Shown: positions 28,230-41,325 of the stretch, one piece after another
How the letters are laid out: every line of letters starts with the position of its first letter
Position numbering within the stretch: position 1 is the stretch's first letter
DNA from: Eledone cirrhosa
Lineage: Eukaryota
DNA: 64,000 nucleotides
NCBI GenBank assembly: GCA_964016885.1
Contig: OZ024742.1
Coordinates: 298,344,001 to 298,408,000 of the forward strand
Direction: 5' to 3'
Translations under genes and position numbers: made by a program
The notes under the pieces: model-generated
Seen by the model: the letters and a program-made list of their open reading frames with translations, nothing else
What the model was told of the DNA's origin: nothing
Databases searched by the model: none

Positions 28230-28358
28230 AGTAATACTTAACATTTAATATTCTACCATACTATTTCATTCTAATACCATTATAAATTTTAATGGATTGT
28301 AAATAAAATGAGTAAATCAAAGTTGGAATTTCTTTTATTAATACATATAAATATATAT

Positions 28359-28445
<87 letters not shown>

Positions 28446-28520
28446 TATATATATATACATACATATATATATACACATTTATATATATATATATAAATAT
28501 ATATACATACATATATATAT

Positions 28521-28569
<49 letters not shown>

Positions 28570-28598
28570 TATATATATATAAATATATATATATACAC

Positions 28599-28629
<31 letters not shown>

Positions 28630-28686
28630 CACATATATATATATATACATACATATATACACATATATATATATATATATACATAC

Positions 28687-28720
<34 letters not shown>

Positions 28721-29214
28721 ATACATACATATATATATACATATATATATACATACATATATATATATATACATACATATATATATATACTTATATATAT
28801 ATATGGTGGTTGCCAACTCGTTTTCAAGTACAGCCACTACTTTATATCCATGTAGGAGAACCCCTACCGATGCGCTGAACATGTGTGACTTTTTAGTCCA
28901 GCCAACGACTTGAAAACTCTGGTACAAACACTACACTTGTGACAATTATTGACACATAGTGCTGGGCCCATGGAGCCATGTGATGACAAGTGCAGAGAGA
29001 TCTCCAGATATAAAGCAATGCCTGTGCCGTGAAGCTTTTATAGTGAGCGAAGGCACTGCACAAAGCCAGTCCCACTCTCTTAACCAAGATGATATTTACC
29101 AAAAAGAAGAACAAGTCAACATCATTGGTATGTATATATATATGTATATATACATATATATATATACATACATACATATATATATACATACAAATATATA
29201 CATACATACATATA

Positions 29215-29890
29215 GTAGTAATATACCCGAACGGCAAAGCATAAATGAACTAAGTGAGAAATTAGGAATAAGAGGGATCAGATGCTGTTTACTCAAGAGA
29301 AGACTACGTTGGTATGGTCATGTGATGCGCATGAAAGACGACAGCTGTATAAAAAAGTGCAGGGCGATCAAAATAGACGGTAGCTACGGAGTAGGCAGAC
29401 CCAGAAAAACCTGGGACGATTTGATAAATTCCGACCTCACACACTTACACCTCTCCAAGACAATGTCACTCGACCGAGATCTTTGGCGCTACGTAGTAAT
29501 ACAGAAGACCCGCCTTGCCTAAGTACAAAGCGAAACCTAGTCAGTAGGTACCCCTTAACCAAAATACACCCCCATCCCACTACCCCTGCCGCCACCCCTT
29601 TCGATGTAAAGCTATGTTGGTACCACAACATCCAGTCCTATATAAATGAGGTCGTGTAGGTGTCACGACAAAAAAAAACACAGTCCACGCTGTAATGTGG
29701 CCGTGTATGTAACACAGTAAAAACCTCCCAGGCCACACTGTAAACGTGGTTGCTGTTAGGAAGTGCATCCAGCCGTAGAAAACCCACCAGACAGTCCTGA
29801 GCAAGGTAACCAATCTTGCCTCAAGTGGGACAATTCCCGTCCAGATCCATGCTAGCGTGGAAGATGGACGTTAAACGATGATGATGATGA
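29215..29890 (+). mobile_element. RTE family A 3' fragment
   Basis: [19 protein letters not shown]; 3' UTR and (ATG)n. Confidence 0.9.
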
Positions 29891-30089
29891 TATATATATA
29901 CATAAACATATATATATACATACATACATATATGTACATACATATATATACATACATATATACATACATATAAATATATATATACATATATATACATACA
30001 CATATATATCATCATCATTTCATCATTTCATTTTACGTCCACTTTTCCGTGCTTGCAACGGTGGAACGGGAACTGTATATATATATATA

Positions 30090-31006
30090 TCATCATCATC
30101 ATCAACGTTTAACGTCCGTGTTCCACGCTTGCATGGGTTTGGATGGGGGTAGTCCCACTTGAGGCAAGAGTGATTGTCTTGCTCGCATAGGACTGTCTGG
30201 CAGGTTTTCTACAGTTGGATGCCCTTCCTAACACCAACCACATTTACAGTGTGGGTCTGGGAGGTTTTTACCGTGTTGCCTACATGGCCACATTACAGCG
30301 TGGACTGTGTGTTTTTTTGTCGTGACACCTACACGATCTCATTTGTTTCGGCCTATGGCGCGGCACCAACATAACTTTACATAGAACGGGGTGGTGTGGA
30401 TGGGGTGGGGGTGGTGGGGGTGGGACGGGGTGTATTTTGTTAGAGATGCCTACTGGTTGGAGTAGGTTTTACTATATATTTAGGTAAGGCGGGTCTTCTC
30501 TGTTACTGAGTACCGCCAAAGGTCTCGGTCCAGTGACATTGTCTTGGAGAGGTGTAAGTGTGTGATGTCGGAGTTTATCAGCTCGTCCCAGGTTTTTCTA
30601 GGTCTGCCTATTCCGTGACTACCGTCTATCTTTATTGCCCTGCACTTTGTTATACAGCTATCGACTTTCATGCGCATCATGTGTCCATACCAACGTAGCC
30701 TTCTCTCGAGTAAACAACATCTGATCCCTCTTATCTCTAATTTTTTCCTTAGTTCGTTTATGCTTTGCCGTTCACGTATATTACTGTTACACATCCAGCG
30801 GAGCATGCAAGCTTCGTTCCTCTCTAGTCTGCGTATATCCTCTGCACACAATGCCCAGGTCTCACTGCCATGCAGCATTGCTGTTCGTATGCAGGCATCG
30901 TACAACCTGCCTTTCATTTTTAGGGAGAACCCTTTAGCAGCTAATAGTGGTATAAGCTCTCTGAACTTTTTCCAACCAGTTCTGACTCTAGCTACAGTAC
31001 TTTCAA
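30090..31006 (-). mobile_element. RTE family A 3' fragment
   Basis: [21 protein letters not shown]; near-identical to 41296-42225. Confidence 0.92.
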
Positions 31007-31134
31007 TATATATATATATATATACATACATACATATATATATATACATACATATATATCTATATACATACATATATATATATATATATACATACATACA
31101 TATATATATATTTACATACATATATATATTAGAG

Positions 31135-33260
31135 ATAAGGCGGCTGGGCCTTCGGAAATAGTTGCTGAGATGCTGAAGGCATCTGGTTCGGTGGGACACA
31201 CCATGGTCACCCGGATAGTTAACCAAGTCGTACAGAATGGGGTTGTTCCGAAGGACTGGCGTAGCAGCATCATCGTTAACTGCTATAAGGGAAAAGGAGA
31301 TGCCCTAGATAGGAGTAACTATAGAGGCATTAAATTAATCGACCAGGTCATGAAGGTCACGGAAAAAGTAATAGCGCAACTAATCAGAGAGAGAATTGAT
31401 CTAGATGAAATGCAGTTCGGATTTGTGTCAGGCAAAAGTACCACAGACGCTCTTTTCATTGTACGACAACTACAGGAGAAGTACCTAGCTAAAAGTAAAC
31501 CCCTATACTTAGCTTTCGTCGACTTGGAGAAAGCCTTCGACAGAGACCCCGTTCCATTATCTGGTGGTCTCTTAGAAAACTAGGTGTTGACGAATGGCTT
31601 GTGAGAGCTATACAAGCCATGTATAAAGAAACAGTCAGTAAGGTTAGAATTAACAACGAATATAGTGAAGAGTTTAGCGTAAAAGTTGGTGTCCATCAGG
31701 GCTCTGTTCTTAGCCTCCTACTATTTATTATTGCCCTTCAGGCTATAACAGAGGAGTTCAAGACCGGCTGCCCATGGGAACTCCTATACGCAGATGATCT
31801 AACGCTCATAGCTGAATCAATGACCGAACTAGAGAAGAAATTCCAAACATGGAAGCACGGCCTAGAATCAAAAGGCCTTAAAATTAACCTGGCTAAGACT
31901 AAAGTTCTAGTTTGTAGGAAAGAAAATAAGGCGGCAGTCCCATCTGGGAAATGGCCATGCTCAGTGTGTAGGAAAGGCGTAGGTAGAAACTCCATTTTAT
32001 GTCCCAAATGCAAAGTATGGGTGCATAAAAGATGTAGTGGGATCACAGGTAAGCTAACTAAGAACATAGATTTTACATGTGGCCGGTGCTCTGGTGCAAT
32101 AAGTAGCAGCAAGTGCCCACCAAATACTAGCTCCTTCAACTGCGCAGAGGGTTCTATAGAAATAGTGGACAGCTTCCGTTACCTGGGTGACAAAATCAGC
32201 AGTGGGGGAGGGTGCTCTGAAAGTACAGTAGCTAGAGTCAGAACTGGATGGAAAAAGTTCAGAGAGCTTATACCACTATTAGCCGCTAGAGGGTTCTCCC
32301 TAAAAATGAAAGGCAGGTTATACGATGCCTGCATACGAACAGCAATGCTGCATGGCAGTGAGACCTGGGCATTGTGTGCAGAGGATATACGCAGACTAGA
32401 GAGGAACGAAGCTTGCATGCTCCGCTGGATGTGCAATAGTAATATACGTGAACGGCAAAGCATAAACGAACTAAGGAAAAAATTAGAAATAAGAGGGATC
32501 AGATGTTGTTTACTCGAGAGAAGGCTACGTTGGTACGGTCACGTGATGCGCATGAAAGACGACAGCTGTGTAACAAAGTGCAGGGCAATAAAGATAGACG
32601 TTAGCCACGGAGTAGGCAGACCCAGAAAAACCTGGGACGACATGATAAATTCCGACCTCACACGCTTACACCTCTCCAAGACAATGTCACTGGACCGAGA
32701 CCTTTGGCGGTACTCAGTAATAGAGAAGACCCACCTTACCTAAATACAAAGTAAAAACCTACTACAGTCAGTAGGCATCTCTATCAACCCCCCCCCCCCC
32801 CCCCCCGTCCCACCACCTCCACCCCATCCACACCGCCCCTTTCAATGTACAGTTATGTTGGTCCCACAACATCCAGGCCGAAACAAATGAGATTGTGTAG
32901 GTGTCACGACAAAAAACACACAGTCCACGCTGTAAATGTGGCCGTGTAGGCAACACGGTAAAAACCTCCCAGCCCCACACTGTAAATGTGGTTGGTGTTA
33001 GGAAGGGCATCCAGCTGTAGAAAACCCGCCAGACAGTCCACGCTGTAATGTGGCCGTGTAGGCAACACGGTTAAAACCTCCCAGCCCCACACTGTAAATG
33101 TGGTTGGTGTTAGGAAGGGCATCCAACTGTAGAAAACCCGCCAGACAGTCCTATGCGAGCAAGACAACCACTCTTGCCTCAAGTGGGAAAACCCCCGTCC
33201 AAACCCATGCAAGCGTGGAACACGGACGCTAAACCTGATGATGATGATGATGATGATGAT
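31135..33260 (+). mobile_element. RTE family A, 5'-truncated, RT nearly intact (one frameshift at ~31545)
   Basis: ORFs 31170-31583 and 31601-32743 with [27 protein letters not shown]-like finger, FRYLG. Confidence 0.95.
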
Positions 33261-33767
33261 ATATACGGGAGTTGTCCCACTTGAGGTCACCCGACCAACC
33301 TTGCCTCAAGTAGGGACAACTCCCATCTAACCCATGCTAGCGTGGAAAGTGAACGTTAAATGAGGATGATGATGATGATGATGATACATATATATTTATA
33401 CATACATATACATGAAGGCATGTGGCCTATTGGAAAGAGTGTTGGGCTTACGATCATAATGTATATATATATATATATATACATAAATATATATATATAT
33501 ACATATATATATATACATATATATATATATCCATACATATATATATATACATACATATATATATACATATATATATACATACATATATATATATACATAT
33601 ATATATACATATATATACATATCCATATATATACATATATATACATATATATACATATCCATACATATATATATATATACATATCCATACATATATATAT
33701 ATACATATCCATACATATATATATATATACATACATATATACATACATATATATATACATACATATG

Positions 33768-33817
<50 letters not shown>

Positions 33818-33820
<3 letters not shown>

Positions 33821-36050
33821 GTTTGTAGTTGAAAGGCCAAAACAATGCAGCTATGGATATAGAATATAAATGCAAATGCAAAAGATATTGTTGACAATTA
33901 ATCTTTTACCTTAAATTTATCTAAATATTCTTAATTTTCTAGATAATATCTCTTCTCCGGAGGGAAGTAAGAGGTTAATCCAGCGTTCTAAATAGCTTGC
34001 CAAGTCATGCTGACAGTAAATGGTATAGAGATTCTATTCTATCTCTAATGTCAAAGAGTGAAGGTTAGGTGGATAAAGAGTAGTCTCCCTTTAAAAGGTT
34101 TTTTTTACATGTATGTTTAAGTGTGTGGTAGAATACGTGAAGGCGTAAGTATGCGTGTGTGTCTGTGTGAATGTGAGAAGATATGTCTATACGTAAGTGT
34201 GGGGACTAGATGCTCTATCATGTTAAAACTGGTCTTTGTATGTGTGTGTGAGAGAATAAGTGGAGGTGTAAGCGTGTGTGTGTGTGTGTGTGTGTGCGTG
34301 AGAGGGGGGTGTAAGTGTGGGGCTAGGTGCTCTATCAAGTTATAAATTGGGTGTTGAGTTCTAGTCTATTATTGATTGGTGGTTGTGCTATGTCTATAAT
34401 CAGTGCTTCCTTAATTCTAAGATTGCCGAGGTTTCTTTCCTTAGTTTCTATCCTAACTGTTATGTTTTTGTCGGTGTTTTTGCATTTCACTAGTTGTTTC
34501 TTAAATGAGGAAGCATTAGTATTGAGGTGTTCTTTTATTCTTATGTGAAGTGGTCCGGTGGTGCTACCTATGTAGAAGTTGCTGCATTTGTCGCACTCTA
34601 ATCTGTATATGACGTAAGCCGGGTGGCATAGATCTGTGTCGTTGATGGGGCAGTTGGCTAGCCTGCAGCGGCTGTCATGTCTGGTGGAGTGTATTTTGAT
34701 TAGCTGTCCGCGTAGAGAAGGTCCTGAGTGGGCTAGTTGGATATCTAGTCCTTCTTGTCTGATAGCTCTGCAGATGGCTGTTGTTGTTTCGTCACTGAAG
34801 TGTGGGAGCTTCAGGAAGCAGGTGTTAGTGCCTCGGGTGCGGTGTCCTCTGTTCTTTCTGGCACAGTTCGTGGTGGACGTCGGGTATCCATTCATTTTGA
34901 GTACTTCCAGGAAATGTGTGGTGTGTGTGTCTCGGTCTCTAGCGTCGGTGCATTTGTTCCGGATATGTGTTAGTTCGTTCCTTATGTATCCGAATTTAGC
35001 ACCGGCTGCGAGGGCCAATCTGAAATGTACGAACAGGTCCCTGCTGGCGGCTTTTTTAGAGAAGCAGTTGTGGATGTTGCCTTCCTCTGTTACCCTGAGT
35101 TGGAAGTCCAGTAGGGATGGGGATCCGCGGTCATCGCGGTGTTCAATGCTGAACTTTATACTGGCGTCCATGCTGGAGAATGTCGTGTATATTTTATCCG
35201 CCTCCTCACAGGATGATGTAAGGATGAGTATGTCATCTACATATCGGGTGAAGAAGGTATGGGAATGGCAGGTGTTGAGGGCTTAGCAGTCTAGCTGGTT
35301 CATATAGGTGATGGCCAACAGGCCCGATAGGCTGGATCCCATGGGTAATCCTGTTGTCTGTCTGTATGTGTGGTGGTGGAAGGTGAAGTACGTGTTGTCC
35401 ACTGTGAAGGACAAAAGCTGGTGTATGTCCATCGGATGGACGCCGTAGCAGTGGATGTCCTCTGCAACCATGCAGTCCATCAATAAATCGACAGCTGGAT
35501 GAGCGGGGGCTGTAGTGTAGAGGGAGACAACGTCGAGGCTAAATGCGTATCTATTTAGTTTAAGTTGTACTGGCTGGAGTTGGTGTAGTCTACGTATGAC
35601 TTTGTTGGAACTACTGACATGCCCAGGAAAGGTGGAGAGTAGAGGCTTGAGGACCTGGGAGAAGATCCAGGAGATTTTGTATAGGGGTCCTTCTATGCTA
35701 GAGACGATGGGTCTTATTTGTGTCATAGTACTATTCTTGTGGGTCTTGATGAGCTGATAGAAAGTGGGCAGTCTGCTATTTCTAGTGGTGTAGTTGAGCT
35801 TAACTTTATTTGGGAGTTGTCTTCTCCTACAGATGTCGAACCAGATGGAGTTGGCCTGTTTTTTTATCTGGGCTGCAGTCATATCCGGGATCTCTGTATA
35901 TAGTTCGTTGTCGCTTAGGTGTTCAAAGGCTAGGTTGTTGTATACGGCTTGAGAGATGACACAAATCTCTTTACCTTTGTCGGATGGTAAGTATATAAGA
36001 TCCCTATTCCACAGGTTCTTCAGGGCGAGTTGTTCTGTTTTCGTAAGATG
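33818..36050 (-). mobile_element. Penelope-like element, 5'-truncated, RT + GIY-YIG in one frame with a single TAA stop (possibly Naiad-like clade)
   Basis: SDKG, RPIVS, SLDVVSLYT, QTTGLPMGSSLS, RYVDD, LLDF; VIYRLECDKCSNFYIGST..LHIRIKEH..IKEAL..IN. Confidence 0.92.
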
Positions 36051-36099
36051 TTAAATACGGAATGTTTTAGCCTCAAGAGTTTTTCTTCAAGCTCGCGGT

Positions 36100-36780
36100 T
36101 GGCAGGCGGATCTTGAGGACTTTCCGGACAAGAGACAGAGACACCATGTTGACACTATGGAGGACATTTGTCCTAAGCCACCTGGACTATTGCTCCCAGT
36201 TGTGGTCACCCCATAGTGTCAAACTAACCACGGAGCTCGAGGCAATCCAGCGAAGCTACACCAAGAGGATTGCCACGATGAAGGAGATAAGCTACTGGGA
36301 GAGGTTAAAATAACTAAAGGTCTACTACTTGGAATGAAGACGGGAGAGATATGCAGTGATCTACGTGTGGAAAATCCTGGAGGGACTAGCACCAAACTTT
36401 GGCATTGGGAGCAGGACCAACCGTCGAACAGGACGTCACTGTGTGGTGCCAAAGGTGCCGTCTTCCACATCTAGAATAAGGAGCAGGTATGCAATAGCCT
36501 GGGATTCAAGGGCCCTCAACTCTTCAGCAGGCTGCCGAGGGATCTGAGAGATTTGCATGGTGTGGAGGTGGATGTCTTCAAGAAACATCTCGACACCTTA
36601 CTATGCAGGATCCCGGATGAGCCCACAGCAAGACACGAGTGCAACCTAAGGGCAGCAGCAACAAACTCCCTCTAACACCAGTGGCCAACCAATACAGGCT
36701 GGAGATAAAATGTGTAGCAACAAAGGCGGTGCCCCAGCATGGCCTCAGCCGGATGGCTGGAACAGGTAAAAGAGTAAAAG
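36100..36780 (+). mobile_element. CR1-like LINE 3' fragment
   Basis: LWRTFVLSHLDYCSQLWSP..LEAIQRSYTK..SYWERLK..RRERY..WKILEG. Confidence 0.8.
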
Positions 36781-36817
36781 ATATATATATATATATATAT
36801 ATACATACATATACATA

Positions 36818-37077
36818 AAGGCACGTGGTCTAGTGGAAAGAGTGTTGGGCTTACGATCATAATGTTGTGGGATCAATTCCTGGACTACGTGTTGTGTTCT
36901 TGAGCAAAACACTTCATTTCATGTTGCTCCAGTATACTCAGCTGAAAATGAGTACCAGCAATAGCTGGCGTCCTGTCCAGAGGGGACTCTTGTACTCTCA
37001 GTCACTTCACGCCATGAAACCGGGATAAGCACCGGCCAAATGAGCCTTCTAGCTTAAGACAGACTTTAGACTTTTAG
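36818..37077 (+). mobile_element. tRNA-derived SINE with a Meta/MESC-like central domain
   Basis: A box TGGTCTAGTGG; cttgagcaaaacactt..ctcagctg..tggcgtcctgtccag..gaaaccgggataagc; a head-only copy at 33414-33461. Confidence 0.75.
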
Positions 37078-37257
37078 ACATATACATATATATATATACA
37101 TATACATACATATATATATATATACATATATATATACATACATATATATATATATATACATATATATATACATACATATATATATATAGATACATATATA
37201 TATATATATACATACATATATATATATACATAGATACATATATATATATATACATAC

Positions 37258-37288
<31 letters not shown>

Positions 37289-37399
37289 GATACATATATA
37301 TATATATATATATAGATACATATATATATATACATACATATATATATATATAGATACATATATATATATATATACATACATATATATATATATACATAC

Positions 37400-37452
<53 letters not shown>

Positions 37453-37456
37453 CATA

Positions 37457-37497
<41 letters not shown>

Positions 37498-37565
37498 ATA
37501 TATACATACATATATATATATATATATACATACATATATATACCTATATATATATATATACATAC

Positions 37566-37624
<59 letters not shown>

Positions 37625-37629
37625 TATAC

Positions 37630-37825
37630 ATAGTAAAAAGTATGTCCCCGACGGCAGAGCTCAAGCTGTTTCGACGGCTATTTCAGTCCAGAAATAGCCG
37701 TCGAAACGGCTTGAGCTCCGCCGTCGGGGTCATACTTTTTCCTATTTCCCACTCTACTACACTAAGTATTGAGTACTCTGGTGCGTTATGGTCCATCTAG
37801 TTCTTTACCACAATTCCTTAGTTAC
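37630..37825 (+). mobile_element. Fold-back mini-element 2 (55-bp arms 37630-37684 / 37691-37745, 80-nt tail)
   Basis: Near-perfect palindrome with 6-nt loop, in (TA)n; arm begins gaaatagccgtcGAAAcggcTT (possible 3' half of a hammerhead). Confidence 0.8.
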
Positions 37826-37856
37826 ATATATATACATATATATATATATATATATG

Positions 37857-38413
37857 CTGCGTGCAGGAGAGGCGGTTACGCTGGTATGGACATGTGATGC
37901 GTATGAAGGATGACAGCTGCATAAAAAGGTGCAGAGCACTAGAAGTTGATGGAAACCGCGGAGTGGGGAGACCCAAGATGACTTGGGATGAGGTGATAAA
38001 AGCCGACCTTACCCAACTACACCTCTCAAAGTCAATGACACACGACCGTGACTTCTGGCGTCACGCAGTAATACAGGGTACCCGACCTCCCATGGGTACA
38101 TGCTGAAGCATATAAACAATATGCCCCCCCCCCCCCCCCCCCCGCCGCAAGGTGGTCGTGGAGGTGCCACGGCAAAAAAGCACCCAGCCCACACTGTAAA
38201 GTGGACGTGTAGGCGCCACGAAAAAGCACCCAGCACTCACTGTAAATGAGGTTGGTGTTAGGAAGGGCATCCAGCTGTAGAAATCAAGCCAGATCAGTTC
38301 CTGTATGAGCAAGGCATGGTCAGCCGACCAGACACTGCCCACAACAGGACAACCCGTCTAACCCATGCTAGCGTGGAAGAACGGACGTAAAACGGTGATG
38401 ATGATGATGATGA

Positions 38414-38416
<3 letters not shown>
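37857..38416 (+). mobile_element. RTE 3' fragment (family C)
   Basis: [20 protein letters not shown]; poly-C, UTR repeat units, (ATG)n. Confidence 0.9.
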
Positions 38417-38492
<76 letters not shown>

Positions 38493-38535
38493 TACATACA
38501 TATATATATATATACATACATATATACATACATAT

Positions 38536-38574
<39 letters not shown>

Positions 38575-38773
38575 CATATATACATACATAACTGGTTATC
38601 TTTCACCACTTCCTCTCTAGATTTGTTTTTGTTGTTGTTTATTGATATTATTTTGTATTTTATATATGCATGTATATATATATATGTATATATATATACA
38701 TATATATATATGATAAAGAACACACATATATATATATATATATATATACATACATATATACATACATATATAT

Positions 38774-38804
<31 letters not shown>

Positions 38805-38924
38805 CATGTATATAAGTCCCACTCTTGCAAGCAGGAAAAAGCGGACATAAAATGACGATGATGATATATATATATACATACATATATATATATATATCAC
38901 ACACACATATATATATATACATAC

Positions 38925-39040
<116 letters not shown>

Positions 39041-39465
39041 TTCGTTTCTGAATTTGTTTAGCAAGATTCTTTATCTGAAATCGTGTGTTGAAACCGATAT
39101 TGTTATACTTTGGGAGGGTCATGTTGCCAATAAGAAACACACGCACCAGTTGCTTTCACTTCAATTTAATTTATTAAATATTTATAAATTTACAAATTTA
39201 TAAATTTCTGGTTGGTTGGTTGATTCCACAACCAGATAGTTGTTTATATATATATAGTCATAGTTCTTTCGTCACACACTCTGTGACCTCTTCAGTGACT
39301 GGGGATTTCTTTCTTCGTTTCTGTGCCTTTCCTTTCCTCTATCCTACGCCATTTTGTTTGTGTGTGGGTTGCGTGCTCAGTTTGTAAATATATTAAATTG
39401 AAGTGAAAGCAACTGGTGCGTGTGTTTCTTATTGGCAACATGACCCTCCCAAAGTATAACAATAT
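39041..39465 (-). mobile_element. Fold-back mini-element 3a (74-bp arms 39097-39170 / 39392-39465, 56-nt tail, hammerhead in spacer)
   Basis: Inverted repeat visible directly; same family as 44123-44626; terminus resembles the end of the PLE at 44727. Confidence 0.85.
39256..39300 (-). ncRNA. Minimal type I hammerhead ribozyme, apparently intact
   Basis: RC: agtca CTGAAGA g gtcaca-gagtg-tgtgac GAAA gaac TA tgact. Confidence 0.85.
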
Positions 39466-39471
39466 ATATAT

Positions 39472-39742
<271 letters not shown>

Positions 39743-39793
39743 CATATATATATATATATACATATATATATACATACATATATATATACATAC

Positions 39794-39832
<39 letters not shown>

Positions 39833-39901
39833 AATACATACATATATATATATATACATATATATATACATACATATATATATATATATATACATATATA
39901 T

Positions 39902-39951
<50 letters not shown>

Positions 39952-39999
39952 GTACATATATATATATACACATATATATATATATATATATTTATATAC

Positions 40000-40030
<31 letters not shown>

Positions 40031-40062
<32 letters not shown>

Positions 40063-40680
40063 GTTTAACGTCCATCTTCCACGCTTGCATGGGTTTGGAT
40101 GGGAGTTTTCCCACTTGAGGCAGGATTTGTTGTTCTTCTCGTATATGACTGTCTGGCGGGTTTTCTACAGCTGGATGCCCTTCCTAACACCAACCACGTT
40201 TACAATGTGGACCAGGAGGTTTTTACCGTGTTACGTACACGGCCACATTACAGCGTGGACTGTGTTTTTTTGTCGTGACACCTACACGACATCATTTGTT
40301 TCGGTCTGGATGTTGTGATACCAACATAAATTCACATTTAAGGGGGTGGGGGGTAGTGGGATGGGCTGTATTTTGTTAGAGGTGCCTACTGATTGTAGGT
40401 TTCGCTTTGTACTTAGGCAATGCAGGTCTTCTGTATGACTGTGTAGCGCCAAAGATCTAGGTCCAGTGACATCGTCATGGAGAGGTGTAAATGTGTGAGT
40501 GCGGAATTTATCAAGTCGTCCCAGGTTTTTCTGGGTCTGTCTACTCCGTGGCTACCGTCTATTTTTATCGCCTTGCACTTTTTTATACAGCTGTCGTCTT
40601 TCATGCGCATCACGTGACCGTATCATCGTAGTCTTCTCTCGAGTAAACAACATCTGATCCCTCTTATTCCTAATTTCTCC
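40031..40680 (-). mobile_element. RTE family A 3' fragment (a further tail-only copy at 40828-41030)
   Basis: ORF 40413-40613; UTR; (CAT)n. Confidence 0.9.
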
Positions 40681-40735
<55 letters not shown>

Positions 40736-40736
40736 C

Positions 40737-40796
<60 letters not shown>

Positions 40797-40826
40797 ATAT
40801 ACATATATATATATACATATATATAT

Positions 40827-40857
<31 letters not shown>

Positions 40858-41028
40858 ACGTTTAACGTCCGTGTTCCACGCTTGCATGGGTTTGGACGGG
40901 GGTAGTCCCACTTGAGGCAAGAGTGATTGTCTTGCTCGCATAGGACTGTCTGGCAGGTTTTCTACAGTTGGATGCCCTTCCTAACACCAACCACATTTAC
41001 AGTGTGGGTCTGGGAGGTTTTTACCGTG

Positions 41029-41079
<51 letters not shown>

Positions 41080-41080
41080 C

Positions 41081-41181
<101 letters not shown>

Positions 41182-41182
41182 C

Positions 41183-41265
<83 letters not shown>

Positions 41266-41294
41266 CATATATATACATATATATATATATATAT

Positions 41295-41295
<1 letters not shown>

Positions 41296-41325
<30 letters not shown>

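Noticed and set aside
33960-35300. Possible selenoprotein PLE (SECIS-like AUGA in the 3' UTR)
   Set aside because: The only in-frame stop is TAA, not TGA, and the AUGA-AA-GA spacing is non-canonical.
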